Under the pieces are notes generated by a model. That model worked only from the letters and a program-made list of their open reading frames with translations. It was not told where the DNA came from and made no database searches. 64,000 nucleotides of DNA from Candidatus Latescibacterota bacterium (GTDB taxonomy: Bacteria > Latescibacterota > UBA2968), in the NCBI GenBank assembly GCA_965205975.1, contig OZ242195.1, positions 992,001-1,056,000 of the forward strand, written 5' to 3'. Numbering within the stretch: position 1 is the stretch's first letter; each line of letters opens with the position of its first letter. Positions 27,780 to 36,977 of the stretch are shown piece by piece. Both the position numbers and the translations under genes were made by a program.

Positions 27780-28592
27780 TTATAAGTGGCTGTTGAGATA
27801 GTCCATAGATTTTCGAAGCTCTGCTCTGGCATCGCCCGGGGGGATGCTGCATTCAAAGCCGCAGTAGTGCTCATACTCTATGTCGGACAGCGCTTTGAGG
27901 GGGGGACCAAAATCCGTGTGACCATAGCCCGGTAAGATGCGATTGCTGTCTGCCAGATGTACATTGGCGATGTGTTTGCCCCCTGCGCGGATGGCGTCGG
28001 CGAGGTCGGCTTCCTCGATGCTCATGTGGAAGAGATCGGCCATGGTGGCGATAGATGGGCTGCCCACTGCTTCGCAGATTTCAACGCCCTGAGCAACTGT
28101 GCAGGGCCACCACTGTTCGTAGCGGTTCAGGGGTTCGATGATCAGAAGACTGTCGCACGCTTCGGCATGCGGTGCGATGTCCTGCTTGAGAATTTCGATG
28201 AGGAGATCTTTTTCAAGTGTCGATGTGCTGTACAGGGGAGAAAGATCGGGAATGCGTTCGCCACCGCCCATTTTGATGCCGATAAGCGGTGGGAAAATTA
28301 CACCGACGCCGCCGACTTCCGTACACAGAGTCAGGGCGTCGTTGATGGATTTTACGGCTGTGTTGCGTTCCTGGGGGCGTGCGTCGAGCAGGCGATTGCC
28401 GCCCCGGGCAGAGCAAATATTGGGCACGATACCCGTCGCGTCTGACGCTGCTTTGATCTCATCTGCAAAATCTGCGGTGCTGCTATTGGTGATTTCAATG
28501 CCGGAAAAGCCGAGTTCTTTGAGGGCCTGAAATTTCTCCATCAAGGTGTTGCCAGGGGCCATGGGTTCGCGAAGAGAATATTTGATGGTCAT
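27780..28592 (-). CDS. Sugar phosphate isomerase/epimerase (TIM barrel)
   Basis: EPLNRYE, DLFHM.IEE, VHLADSNR..PG.GH motifs. Confidence 0.88.
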   Translation of the reverse strand: MTIKYSLREPMAPGNTLMEKFQALKELGFSGIEITNSSTADFADEIKAASDATGIVPNICSARGGNRLLDARPQERNTAVKSINDALTLCTEVGGVGVIFPPLIGIKMGGGERIPDLSPLYSTSTLEKDLLIEILKQDIAPHAEACDSLLIIEPLNRYEQWWPCTVAQGVEICEAVGSPSIATMADLFHMSIEEADLADAIRAGGKHIANVHLADSNRILPGYGHTDFGPPLKALSDIEYEHYCGFECSIPPGDARAELRKSMDYLNSHL

Positions 28593-28690
28593 AATCAGTT
28601 CCGATATGAGTTGGATATTCAGGAAAACGCATACAGACAATATACTGTCTTATGGATAAATAGCAAGTTCAGGGCGACTACGCTCTCGCG

Positions 28691-28814
28691 CTTTCACTGC
28701 AATGCGAATTCTCTCGCAACGGCGCCTGCCGTTTATCGCAGGCACACCTGCGCGATTTCTCTCCAAGTTTCCCTCAGTTTTTTGAGTATATATTCAGATT
28801 TCTGATTCTTCCAA
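28691..28814 (+). pseudogene. Degenerate remnant of the 3' end and downstream flank of a homolog of the 32218-33291 gene
   Basis: 28691-28731 matches 33193-33233 at 33/41 nt; translates LSLQCEFSRNGACR vs LSLQYGFSRNGARR, then YRRHTCAIS vs YRKHTSVIS. Confidence 0.8.
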
Positions 28815-28914
28815 CCTTCCTATCTCGACCGAGATGCAGGAAAAAACCGATTTTTTACATGATTGGCGCCTGAAAATCCATCTCCAGGCAGTAAACGGGA
28901 GGTAAGTAGTTCTT

Positions 28915-28930
28915 TGGCACGTGTTTTGCT
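28915..28930 (+). promoter_or_regulatory. sigma54 (-24/-12) promoter
   Basis: TGGCAC-GTGTT-TTGCT matches TGGCAC-N5-TTGCW, about 80 bp before ATG 29010. Confidence 0.8.
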
Positions 28931-29009
28931 GTTACGTGGGTGAAACAGTTTGCTCCCAACCCGACACGGGGCAAAATCAGCACTTCACTTTACACAAGGA
29001 GATTCTCCA

Positions 29010-30485
29010 ATGAACGCACTTTCCTTTCAACGGCCGATGACTACAATCCTTCTCATGCTTTCAATCACGACCCTGGCAACCTTCTTCCCTTCCCGTGTAA
29101 CCTCCCAGCTCATCGGGATCAAATCGATCCCCGTCGCGACAGGAGACCAGTTCCTGATCTACCCCTCTGCGAATCTGGCACTCGGGGGCGTATCGATCGC
29201 GATGAACGACCTCCTCCTCGATCCCTTCGCCAACCCGGCGAAAGGCGTGCGACTCGAGGAGACGCTGATTGTGGGCTCTCCGACCTTCTATTTGATCTCC
29301 GACCGCAATGGCGCAGGGCGCACAATTCCGATCACCTTCCTCGCGGGATCGGATAGCTGGTTCGGGGGCGGATCCTTCGCGCTCCAACAGCTCATGGCCG
29401 CGGACCGCTGGAATTGGTGGGGTCCGAACACCGGGTTGCGCGACCGATCGGCCAGGAACCTCTATTTACACGGATTCTTCGGACGGATGCTCGGAGAGAG
29501 CGGGATCTCCCTCGGCGGAAGCTGCTCCTGGGCCGGATTGGGTGCCCTCGATGGCGTCGAGCACCTCTACGCTTTCAGCGAACGGATCGAACAAGATGGC
29601 CATAGTGTGGATCTGCGCCTCGGTCTCCTCGGCGAATGGGAGAGCGGACGGTCTTTCGAGGTACTCCTTCTCCACAACCGCTTCGACATGACGCACGAGG
29701 TTCACTATCTGGATTGGATCTGGCACCAGGATTGGGAAATCGAAGAGTGGGTGCCGCGCATGGAACGAAATCTCGACCAGACGAACACGTCGGGTCTCCA
29801 TTTGGGCTTCACCCAGCCCTTGACCAGGAGTGGATGGCGCTTCGGAGTCGCGACGACCGTGAACCGGAAGTTGCATCCCAAGATCCCGAACTACGAGATC
29901 CAGAACATTCCCCGGGATCCGGGCGATTCCTGGGCGTATAACTTTGGCGTGGGTATTGCCAAGACCGGAGAGAGGGCGACCTATGGAATCGACCTCGTCC
30001 TGGAGCCGATCTCGAGCTACACCTGGGCCGATGCCGCGAGCGACACGGTGGGATCCACCGGCAATCTGGTCCGAGCGGGTGAGAAGACGGTAGAGAACGA
30101 GTTCTCCTTCTTGAACGCGAAAATCCGGATGGGCATTGGGCACAACTTCGGCTGGGGCGGGTTCCAACTCGGTCTGCAGATGCGCTCCATACGGTACGAC
30201 CTGACCCAAACCAGCCACATCAAAGGCTCGACACGGAACCAGAGGGAGAGCTGGATGGAATGGACCCCGAGTTGGGGGCTACACTTCGGCCTGGCCGAGT
30301 TTGATCTCCGCTACAGGGGGCGGCTGATCACGGGAACGGGCCGGCCGGGAGTGGCAAGGGCAATGACCGGCATGGCAGAGCCTGCTGCGGAAGCCGACTT
30401 CCTCCCCGCGCCCGAAGGTCCATTGACGTTACGAGATGCCTGGGTAATGACCCACCAAATCTCGGTGTCGATGCCGATCCGGTAG
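29010..30485 (+). CDS. Hypothetical exported protein, probable outer-membrane beta-barrel
   Basis: Signal-like N-terminus, NPA motif, many alternating aromatic/Gly beta-strands; RBS AAGGAG. Confidence 0.65.
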   Translation: MNALSFQRPMTTILLMLSITTLATFFPSRVTSQLIGIKSIPVATGDQFLIYPSANLALGGVSIAMNDLLLDPFANPAKGVRLEETLIVGSPTFYLISDRNGAGRTIPITFLAGSDSWFGGGSFALQQLMAADRWNWWGPNTGLRDRSARNLYLHGFFGRMLGESGISLGGSCSWAGLGALDGVEHLYAFSERIEQDGHSVDLRLGLLGEWESGRSFEVLLLHNRFDMTHEVHYLDWIWHQDWEIEEWVPRMERNLDQTNTSGLHLGFTQPLTRSGWRFGVATTVNRKLHPKIPNYEIQNIPRDPGDSWAYNFGVGIAKTGERATYGIDLVLEPISSYTWADAASDTVGSTGNLVRAGEKTVENEFSFLNAKIRMGIGHNFGWGGFQLGLQMRSIRYDLTQTSHIKGSTRNQRESWMEWTPSWGLHFGLAEFDLRYRGRLITGTGRPGVARAMTGMAEPAAEADFLPAPEGPLTLRDAWVMTHQISVSMPIR

Positions 30486-30508
30486 GTCGGTTCGGAACCC
30501 ATCCAGCA

Positions 30509-30557
30509 ATCAAACGTTGACAAAACAGGTCCTGTGATGCCATATTACGGGCATGGG
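30509..30557 (+). promoter_or_regulatory. Duplicated promoter module, copy 1
   Basis: TTGACA..CATATT; 41/49 nt identical to 34823-34871. Confidence 0.75.
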
Positions 30558-30598
30558 GAGGAAGGTGCATCTGGGATGCAGAATCCGGAGTATTTTTG

Positions 30599-32221
30599 AT
30601 GGTTTCGCGAGCAGGCAAAAGGTTCCCGTCTCAACACAGGGGCCGCATTGGTCGCAGGCTGGTTGTGACATTTGTTGTTTTCGTATTCCTTGTGGTCGGT
30701 AGCACGGGTTGGATATTGTATCGCCTCACACGCAACAGCCTCGAGCGCCAGATGAGCGACCAACTGCTTGCTATCGCGCAACTTTCGGCGGCGGGTATTG
30801 ATGGAGATGCGGTGCGCCACTTGCGTTCGGGGTTTGAGGGTGGCAATCTTCACGCGCGGTTGAGAGCAAAGCTGGTCAGGTATCGAGACCTGGTCGGTGC
30901 CCAGCGGATTTACGTGTTTGACCAGCAGGGACAGAGCCTGCTGGACACGGTGCCCGACGTGCCGATTGGGAGGGAATATACGCGGCTACGGGTAGATCGG
31001 GAGGAATTGGCCGACGTCTGGCGAGGGCAGGCGTCGCATTCGATTTTGTTTCGGGACAAAGCGGGTGTTTATTATCAATCCGGTTACGCGCCTGTTTATG
31101 CCGGAGAAGAAGTTGTGGCAGCGGTTGGCGTGGATATTGGGGCCGGATTTGTCGAGGCGATTCGAGCATTTCAACGTTCTGTGCTGATTTTTGGAGGGGT
31201 GAGCGTGGTGTTGACCATAGCGATCGGTTTGGTTCTCGCCCGCACTCTGACCGGGCCAATTCATCGCCTGGTCAACTCTGCACAGGCCATCGGCGAGGGC
31301 GACCTCGAGCGACCAGTGGGCCGGTCTGCCGGGGATGAGCTGGGTTATTTGGGCCAGACTCTGGAGGAAATGCGCCTGAAGATTCTGGACCGCGATGAGC
31401 ACTTGCGGCAGATGCTTGCGGGCGTGGCGCACGAAATTCGCAATCCTCTGGGCGGTATTGAGATTTATGCGGGTTTGATTGCAAGCGATCTACCGGATGA
31501 CGACGCGCGCAAGGCCCACATTCAGAAGGTGATCGGAGAGGTGCGCACACTCAATAGGGTGATTTCCGAATTTCTGGATTTTGCCCGACCTTCAGTTGTG
31601 CAACCAGTGGAAGCAGATGTTGCTCGGCTTGTGGAAGAGGTTGTTTTTTTGCTCAGTCCAGAGATGGACGAGGCAGGGGTGCGGTGCATAAGAGAGATTC
31701 CACAGGGACTGAAAGTATTTGTAGATGTTGACCAGTTCAAACGCGCGCTGGTCAATCTGGTAAAGAATGGCGTTCAAGCGATGCCAGAAGGAGGCGTGTT
31801 GCGGTTGACAGGTGAAAAAGAGAATGGCAACACGGTCATCAGGGTGGCCGATACGGGTGTGGGCATGGATAGCGCCGTAATCGAGCGCCTGTTCGAACCT
31901 TTTTTTACAACGGGTGGAGTGTCGCTCGATGAGGCGGGCCCGGCACCAGAAAATGCGTTGCCCGATGCGGGGACGGCAGCAGGGGTGCCGGACGAACTGT
32001 CAGGGTCCGACGCAACAGAGACAGTCTTTGTGGTCGGACGAGAGATTGGCGTGCCGTACGCACAGACTCCGCCAGAGGTGCTTTCCTCAGATGATCTGGT
32101 TTCGGAGATTGCTCAATTAAAGGGACTACAGAAGGCTCTGACGACCCGCGAACAGGCGCTGAAGCAGCGTGCAGAGGCATTTCGGAAACATCTGCAGCGG
32201 ATGCTGGAGGAGGGACGTTGA
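30599..32221 (+). CDS. Sensor histidine kinase (HAMP-HisKA-HATPase) with truncated ATPase domain fused to unrelated tail; possibly pseudogenic
   Basis: AHEIRNPL H-box, NLVKNG.QA N-box, DTG.G, FEPFFTT, but no following GxGLGL G2 box. Confidence 0.75.
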   Translation: MVSRAGKRFPSQHRGRIGRRLVVTFVVFVFLVVGSTGWILYRLTRNSLERQMSDQLLAIAQLSAAGIDGDAVRHLRSGFEGGNLHARLRAKLVRYRDLVGAQRIYVFDQQGQSLLDTVPDVPIGREYTRLRVDREELADVWRGQASHSILFRDKAGVYYQSGYAPVYAGEEVVAAVGVDIGAGFVEAIRAFQRSVLIFGGVSVVLTIAIGLVLARTLTGPIHRLVNSAQAIGEGDLERPVGRSAGDELGYLGQTLEEMRLKILDRDEHLRQMLAGVAHEIRNPLGGIEIYAGLIASDLPDDDARKAHIQKVIGEVRTLNRVISEFLDFARPSVVQPVEADVARLVEEVVFLLSPEMDEAGVRCIREIPQGLKVFVDVDQFKRALVNLVKNGVQAMPEGGVLRLTGEKENGNTVIRVADTGVGMDSAVIERLFEPFFTTGGVSLDEAGPAPENALPDAGTAAGVPDELSGSDATETVFVVGREIGVPYAQTPPEVLSSDDLVSEIAQLKGLQKALTTREQALKQRAEAFRKHLQRMLEEGR

Positions 32222-33291
32222 AGTGCCAGAGAGCATGCGGGGCTGTGCTCGGTGTCACGGTGATGTTGTGTGCCTTAGGCGTCGGGTGGTCAGCGGAGAC
32301 CCGCATTGAGGCGGGCATGGTCTATGATAACAATCTGTTTGAGGCGCCGGTTGATCCGCAGTCCGGCTGGATCAGCCGGTTTTACTTTGCGTATGCGGGT
32401 GATTTACGCAAGCGTCCCCGGAGTTCTGTTGGGCTGCGGTACCAGGTAGGTGCCAAACGATTCTGGACTGCGGAGCGATCAATGTCCGGAGAATCCGGCG
32501 CAGTGTTGGCCAACCACTTGAACGTAACCGCGTCCTCGCGCGTGGGGCGCCGGGTGAGGCTGGCAGGCAGCGGCGTATTGAAAGTAAAAATTGTAAACCG
32601 GGTCCCGGGGGCAGAAGGATATTTGCGCGGCGCTTTAGAAGGACGTATCCAATATGTTTTTGGACAGGGGTTTACAAGCGACCTGTATTATCGCTTTGGA
32701 GGACATGATTCTCGGGATATGCGATTGCCAGAGGTGATTTCGAACGACGTGGGTGCGGGGGTCCAATACGGGAAATTCCGGCGATTTCGAGCCCGATTGA
32801 CAGGGACCTGGCGGCGGTTGGATTACAATCGCGCTGCTCTGGCGGTTGACGCAGGAGGTAGGATAGGTGAATTGAGATTTGCGCAATCGGATCTTTTGCG
32901 CGAGATTTCGGCAGGCATACAGCTTTATCGCGGGATGCTCGTTGATCTCGTCTATGGATTTCTCCACAATACATCCAACAGCTACGGATATGGCTTTAAA
33001 GCGCACCGGGTGCAGGTGCTTCTGGTGCGACACCTGGGTTTCCAGTTCGATGCGCAGATGCTGGCAAACCTCCAGCTTCGCAGGTATGATGATCCGCTGA
33101 TGCCACTGCCCGGTTGGGATTCGGAGGTGGATGAATACGAACAGACGCTTTTGGTACTGAAGTTGTCCCGGCAGTTGACGAACCGGCTGGATCTCTCATT
33201 GCAATACGGGTTTTCCCGCAACGGCGCCCGCCGAACCGGCGGTTTTTATCGCAAGCATACCAGCGTGATTTCCGTGGCGATTTCTCTCTAA
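32218..33291 (+). CDS. Hypothetical outer-membrane beta-barrel-like protein
   Basis: Signal peptide, YDNN start motif, amphipathic strands, terminal VISVAISL. Confidence 0.6.
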   Translation: MKCQRACGAVLGVTVMLCALGVGWSAETRIEAGMVYDNNLFEAPVDPQSGWISRFYFAYAGDLRKRPRSSVGLRYQVGAKRFWTAERSMSGESGAVLANHLNVTASSRVGRRVRLAGSGVLKVKIVNRVPGAEGYLRGALEGRIQYVFGQGFTSDLYYRFGGHDSRDMRLPEVISNDVGAGVQYGKFRRFRARLTGTWRRLDYNRAALAVDAGGRIGELRFAQSDLLREISAGIQLYRGMLVDLVYGFLHNTSNSYGYGFKAHRVQVLLVRHLGFQFDAQMLANLQLRRYDDPLMPLPGWDSEVDEYEQTLLVLKLSRQLTNRLDLSLQYGFSRNGARRTGGFYRKHTSVISVAISL

Positions 33292-33346
33292 GTTTCCTCA
33301 GTGTTTGATTCTTCCAATCCTAATACCTCGAAACGCCATATCCGGG

Positions 33347-34720
33347 TTATGCCCTCGCGGCTTCCCAGCCTTTTTCTATCACTTTTTCAAGTTCCATCAC
33401 TGTTTCGGCATAGCGAATATCTTCCGCAGCATTGACGTTTTCCGCCGCATCTTCCCGATGATCGTAAAGCTCGCGTGCCTTTACCTCTCCCGTCTCTCTC
33501 GATTGCCACTCTGTGTAGCGAAAGTCGTCGGTTTTAATGGTGTAGCCCATTACGCCCGTGCGTGGATATTGGCTGAAAGCCGCCTGTTTCCATGTTCTGT
33601 CGGGATCTTCCATCAAGGGGACAAAGCTCTGGCCTTCGAGATGATCGGGCAGTGGGAGATCGCACAGGTCGCATAGCGACGGGTACATATCGACGAATTC
33701 CGTAAGACCAGATGCCTTTGCGCCCTGCTTGCCGCGTTCTGGCGAACGGATGATCATTGGGGCGTGTGTGTCGATGTCGAAGTTCGTGTGTTTGCACCAG
33801 CTACCGTGTTCGCCGAGTTTCCAGCCGTGGTCTCCCCACAGGATGACAATCGTGTTCTCTTTGAGGCCGAGCCGTTCGATTTCGTCGAGTACGCGACCAA
33901 CTTGCGCGTCCATATACGAGACACACGCGCAGTAGCCGTGGACCAATGTGCGCGATAGGTCCTCTGGAATTGGCCCCTCTTTGGGCATTCCGAAGTAGCC
34001 GCGCAGTTCTCCGAATTCGGTCAGAGAGTACTCGGTGACGTTTTCCGGTGCGCTGGTATTCAGGGCGAGTGGCAATGCTTCCCGATCATAACGGTCCCAG
34101 TGATGCTTTGGGGCGTTGAAGGGCAGATGGGGTTTGTGAAAGCCCACGGCGAGGAAGAAGGGCTGGTCGCGCAATTCGTTGAGCGTTTTGATGGCGTGAT
34201 CGGCATCCTTGCCGTCGTGATAGGCATTGTCTGGCACGTCCGCGGCTTCAAAAGCCGGTCCCAGCCCCCGTCGTGTGGAGCCTTCAGTAGCTAATTGGGC
34301 ATCTGTTCTCTCGATCACTTCCATCGCTTCATCCGTCAAATAGCCCCGTCCCTTCCAATCACCTGTTGAGACGTGTGGTTCACTGGACCATCCTTGCAGG
34401 TCATCGCTTCGATGGTGATAGATTTTTCCGATGGATCGCGTTTCGTAGCCGTGCTGCTTGAAGTGCTGTGGCAGCGATATGACATCGGGCATGACGGACC
34501 GCAAAGGGGTTTGTAGATCGTAAATTGTCGTCGTATCTGGGCGGCAGCCGCTCAGAACACTCGCCCGAGAAGGCGCGCATACGGCTTGCTGGCAGTAGGC
34601 CCGCTCGAAGAGGACGCCTTCTGCGGCCAATCGATCGATGTTCGGCGACTGTACGAAATCCTGACCATAACAACCGAGTTGAGGACGAAGATCATCTACG
34701 GCGATGAATAGCACGTTCAT
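33347..34720 (-). CDS. Cys-type sulfatase (iduronate-2-sulfatase-like)
   Basis: NVLFIAVDDLRP, CAPSR, GKIYH, KPHLPF, GDHGW.LGEHG.W.KH. Confidence 0.92.
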   Translation of the reverse strand: MNVLFIAVDDLRPQLGCYGQDFVQSPNIDRLAAEGVLFERAYCQQAVCAPSRASVLSGCRPDTTTIYDLQTPLRSVMPDVISLPQHFKQHGYETRSIGKIYHHRSDDLQGWSSEPHVSTGDWKGRGYLTDEAMEVIERTDAQLATEGSTRRGLGPAFEAADVPDNAYHDGKDADHAIKTLNELRDQPFFLAVGFHKPHLPFNAPKHHWDRYDREALPLALNTSAPENVTEYSLTEFGELRGYFGMPKEGPIPEDLSRTLVHGYCACVSYMDAQVGRVLDEIERLGLKENTIVILWGDHGWKLGEHGSWCKHTNFDIDTHAPMIIRSPERGKQGAKASGLTEFVDMYPSLCDLCDLPLPDHLEGQSFVPLMEDPDRTWKQAAFSQYPRTGVMGYTIKTDDFRYTEWQSRETGEVKARELYDHREDAAENVNAAEDIRYAETVMELEKVIEKGWEAARA

Positions 34721-34822
34721 TTTGTTCACAAGTTCCTCCCACAGGCATTGGGTTTTTCGTTTTGATTGAGGAGACGCAGGGCAATATAAGAGCCTGGATA
34801 TAAAAATCAAGCCACACAATAG

Positions 34823-34871
34823 ATCAAAGGTTGACAAGACGAGTTCTGTGATACCATATTACGATCATGGG
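34823..34871 (+). promoter_or_regulatory. Duplicated promoter module, copy 2
   Basis: 41/49 nt identical to 30509-30557. Confidence 0.75.
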
Positions 34872-34906
34872 ATTTGCGATTTTGAATGCGAAATCAGGAG
34901 GGTATC

Positions 34907-34975
34907 ATGGCGCAGGATACTTTACGAGAGGTCACGACGACGGAATGGGGACCGCATTACGGTGCAGTGGAGTAG
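34907..34975 (+). other. 22-codon ORF MAQDTLREVTTTEWGPHYGAVE (leader peptide or deletion remnant)
   Basis: Strong RBS AGGAGG upstream; stop 8 nt before ATG 34984. Confidence 0.4.
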
Positions 34976-34983
34976 TATAAAAA

Positions 34984-36966
34984 ATGGCTGAAATCAAAAG
35001 GAAACTCTTTCCATCATCTGAGTTGGCCGAGGATAGCTTGCGCTGGACCGTCGTGGTGCTTTTCTCGGCCACATTGGTTTTTGCCTGTGTTGCCGCAACT
35101 TTTTTGGAGTTCAAATCTCGTTCTGCACATATGGCGATGGCGAATCTGCCTCTGGCGGTGTTGTTGCCCTTTGTGGCATGGCTTCTGGTGAATGCTTTTT
35201 TGAAACGGTTTACGCCCCGCCTGTCTATGACTTCTGCAGAGTTGAGGCTGGCGTTGAGTATGCTCTGGGTGGGCGGGTCGTTTGCCGGGTATAACTGGAT
35301 TACGCAGTGGGTGGGGGCGATGGCGGCGCCGAGATATTATGCGTCGCCCGAGAACCGGTGGCAGGAGTTGATTTTTGACTATTTGCCCTGGTGGATGTTT
35401 CCTTCGAATTTCCCCGGGGTGACAGAGGGATTTTTTCTGGGTCTGGAGGAAGGTGCGGCAGTGCCCTGGGGTGCGTGGATAGCTCCGATTTTTTGGGCAA
35501 TGTCCGCCGGGTTGGCGATGACGGCTATTGGGCTGGGTTTGACGGCGGTGTTCCAGAAGCAGTGGGTCCGACATGAACGGCTGACGTATCCTCTGGCGCA
35601 GGTTCCGCTCGATTTGACAGAAGGATTCGACGGCAAGCGTGGCTGGCCGCCGTTTGTGCAGAATTGGTTGTTCTGGGTGGGTTTTGCCGTGTCTGCGTTG
35701 CCCCTGCTATGGAATCTGATTGAATACTGGACACCGGGTTTTCCCAGGCTGGCGATTTTTGACGCCTATTATGGTCCTGGAGGTCCCAGGGGCGCTGAAA
35801 TATCGCGTTATTTGTCGCCGTTCTCCTATCGAATTTTGCCCACTGTGCTGGGGTTCACATTTTTGTGTGATCTGAATATCCTGTTCAGCATCTGGTCTTT
35901 GTGGTTGGTGGGGCAGACGGGACTTTACGGGATGTCCAGGATTGGTTTTTCCATAGGGCTGGCCGGGCAAGAGGCGAAGCCGACTGCGATTTTGGGCCTG
36001 TTCACCCATGGCGTGAGTATAGGGTTGGCTATCTGGGCAATTTGGGCTGCTCGCGGCCATTTGCGAAAGGTTTTTCGGCAGGTGTTACGCCCGCCCGTAA
36101 GCGGGGAAGCGGAAACCGCGTTTTTGCCGCCCCGATTAGCCGTATTTGGGATTTTGGGTGGCGGTATTTATATGGTTTTCTGGCTGTACAGCGCGGGTTA
36201 TAGTGCTGGGATAGCCGTGGTCTGGCTATTGCTTTTCTGGGCGAGTATTCTGGTGGTGATGAAGTTTTTGGCTGCGAGTGGGTTTGCGTATTTGTTTCCG
36301 AGTTTCGGTACGTCGATTCTGGATATAACAGTGGGTGCCAGTCGGATGCAAGACGCCACGCAGGTGGGGCTTCGGCTGGTGAACTGGCGTTTACTGGCTG
36401 GCTGGCGACTGCCAGCTGCGCTACCCCATGTGGAACGCTTGGTGAGGCCGGCGAAGCGGGTTGGGTGGGTCGTCGTAGGGAGTCTGGTGCTGGGAATGCT
36501 ATCGGCTATTCTCTACACTGTTTCCATCTGCTACGAGGATGGGGGGAGTACTTTTCGCACCTGGTCTCTGGTAGGTGCTCCGGTGGGGATGTACGAAGGC
36601 ATTGCCAAGGCGGTCGCAGAGACAGATCGCACGGTAACCGATCCGGAAAAAATTGGTGTGTGGATTCTGGGCGGCGTGACCGCGGGTGTTATTCAGGTGA
36701 TGCAGAGCCGATTTGCCTGGTGGCCGTTTCATCCGCTGGGTGTGATGCTAATGTCGAGCGGTTATGTTCGGCTGTATGTACTGGATATTTTTCTGGTGTG
36801 GTTGGGCAAATTGCTGGTTCTCAGTTTTGGGGGTATTTCGCTTTACCGAAGGGTTAAGCCGTGTTGTTATGGGTTGATTGTGGGTTATGTATTTGCCGTG
36901 GGGTGTTCTTTTTTAATTGATTTGATCTGGTTTCCAGAAGGTGGGCATTATATCCACGGGTATTAG
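34984..36966 (+). CDS. Polytopic membrane protein, DUF6785/DUF6784-like
   Basis: ASPENRW, KQW..ERL.YPL.QVP, WWPFHPLG, GG..LYRR..P motifs; many TM helices. Confidence 0.7.
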   Translation: MAEIKRKLFPSSELAEDSLRWTVVVLFSATLVFACVAATFLEFKSRSAHMAMANLPLAVLLPFVAWLLVNAFLKRFTPRLSMTSAELRLALSMLWVGGSFAGYNWITQWVGAMAAPRYYASPENRWQELIFDYLPWWMFPSNFPGVTEGFFLGLEEGAAVPWGAWIAPIFWAMSAGLAMTAIGLGLTAVFQKQWVRHERLTYPLAQVPLDLTEGFDGKRGWPPFVQNWLFWVGFAVSALPLLWNLIEYWTPGFPRLAIFDAYYGPGGPRGAEISRYLSPFSYRILPTVLGFTFLCDLNILFSIWSLWLVGQTGLYGMSRIGFSIGLAGQEAKPTAILGLFTHGVSIGLAIWAIWAARGHLRKVFRQVLRPPVSGEAETAFLPPRLAVFGILGGGIYMVFWLYSAGYSAGIAVVWLLLFWASILVVMKFLAASGFAYLFPSFGTSILDITVGASRMQDATQVGLRLVNWRLLAGWRLPAALPHVERLVRPAKRVGWVVVGSLVLGMLSAILYTVSICYEDGGSTFRTWSLVGAPVGMYEGIAKAVAETDRTVTDPEKIGVWILGGVTAGVIQVMQSRFAWWPFHPLGVMLMSSGYVRLYVLDIFLVWLGKLLVLSFGGISLYRRVKPCCYGLIVGYVFAVGCSFLIDLIWFPEGGHYIHGY

Positions 36967-36977
36967 CGGTATAGGCT

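Noticed and set aside
28640..28900. Possible ncRNA or riboswitch in the long intergenic gap
   Set aside because: Better explained as a decayed gene-end duplicate plus sigma54 upstream region; no riboswitch consensus recognised
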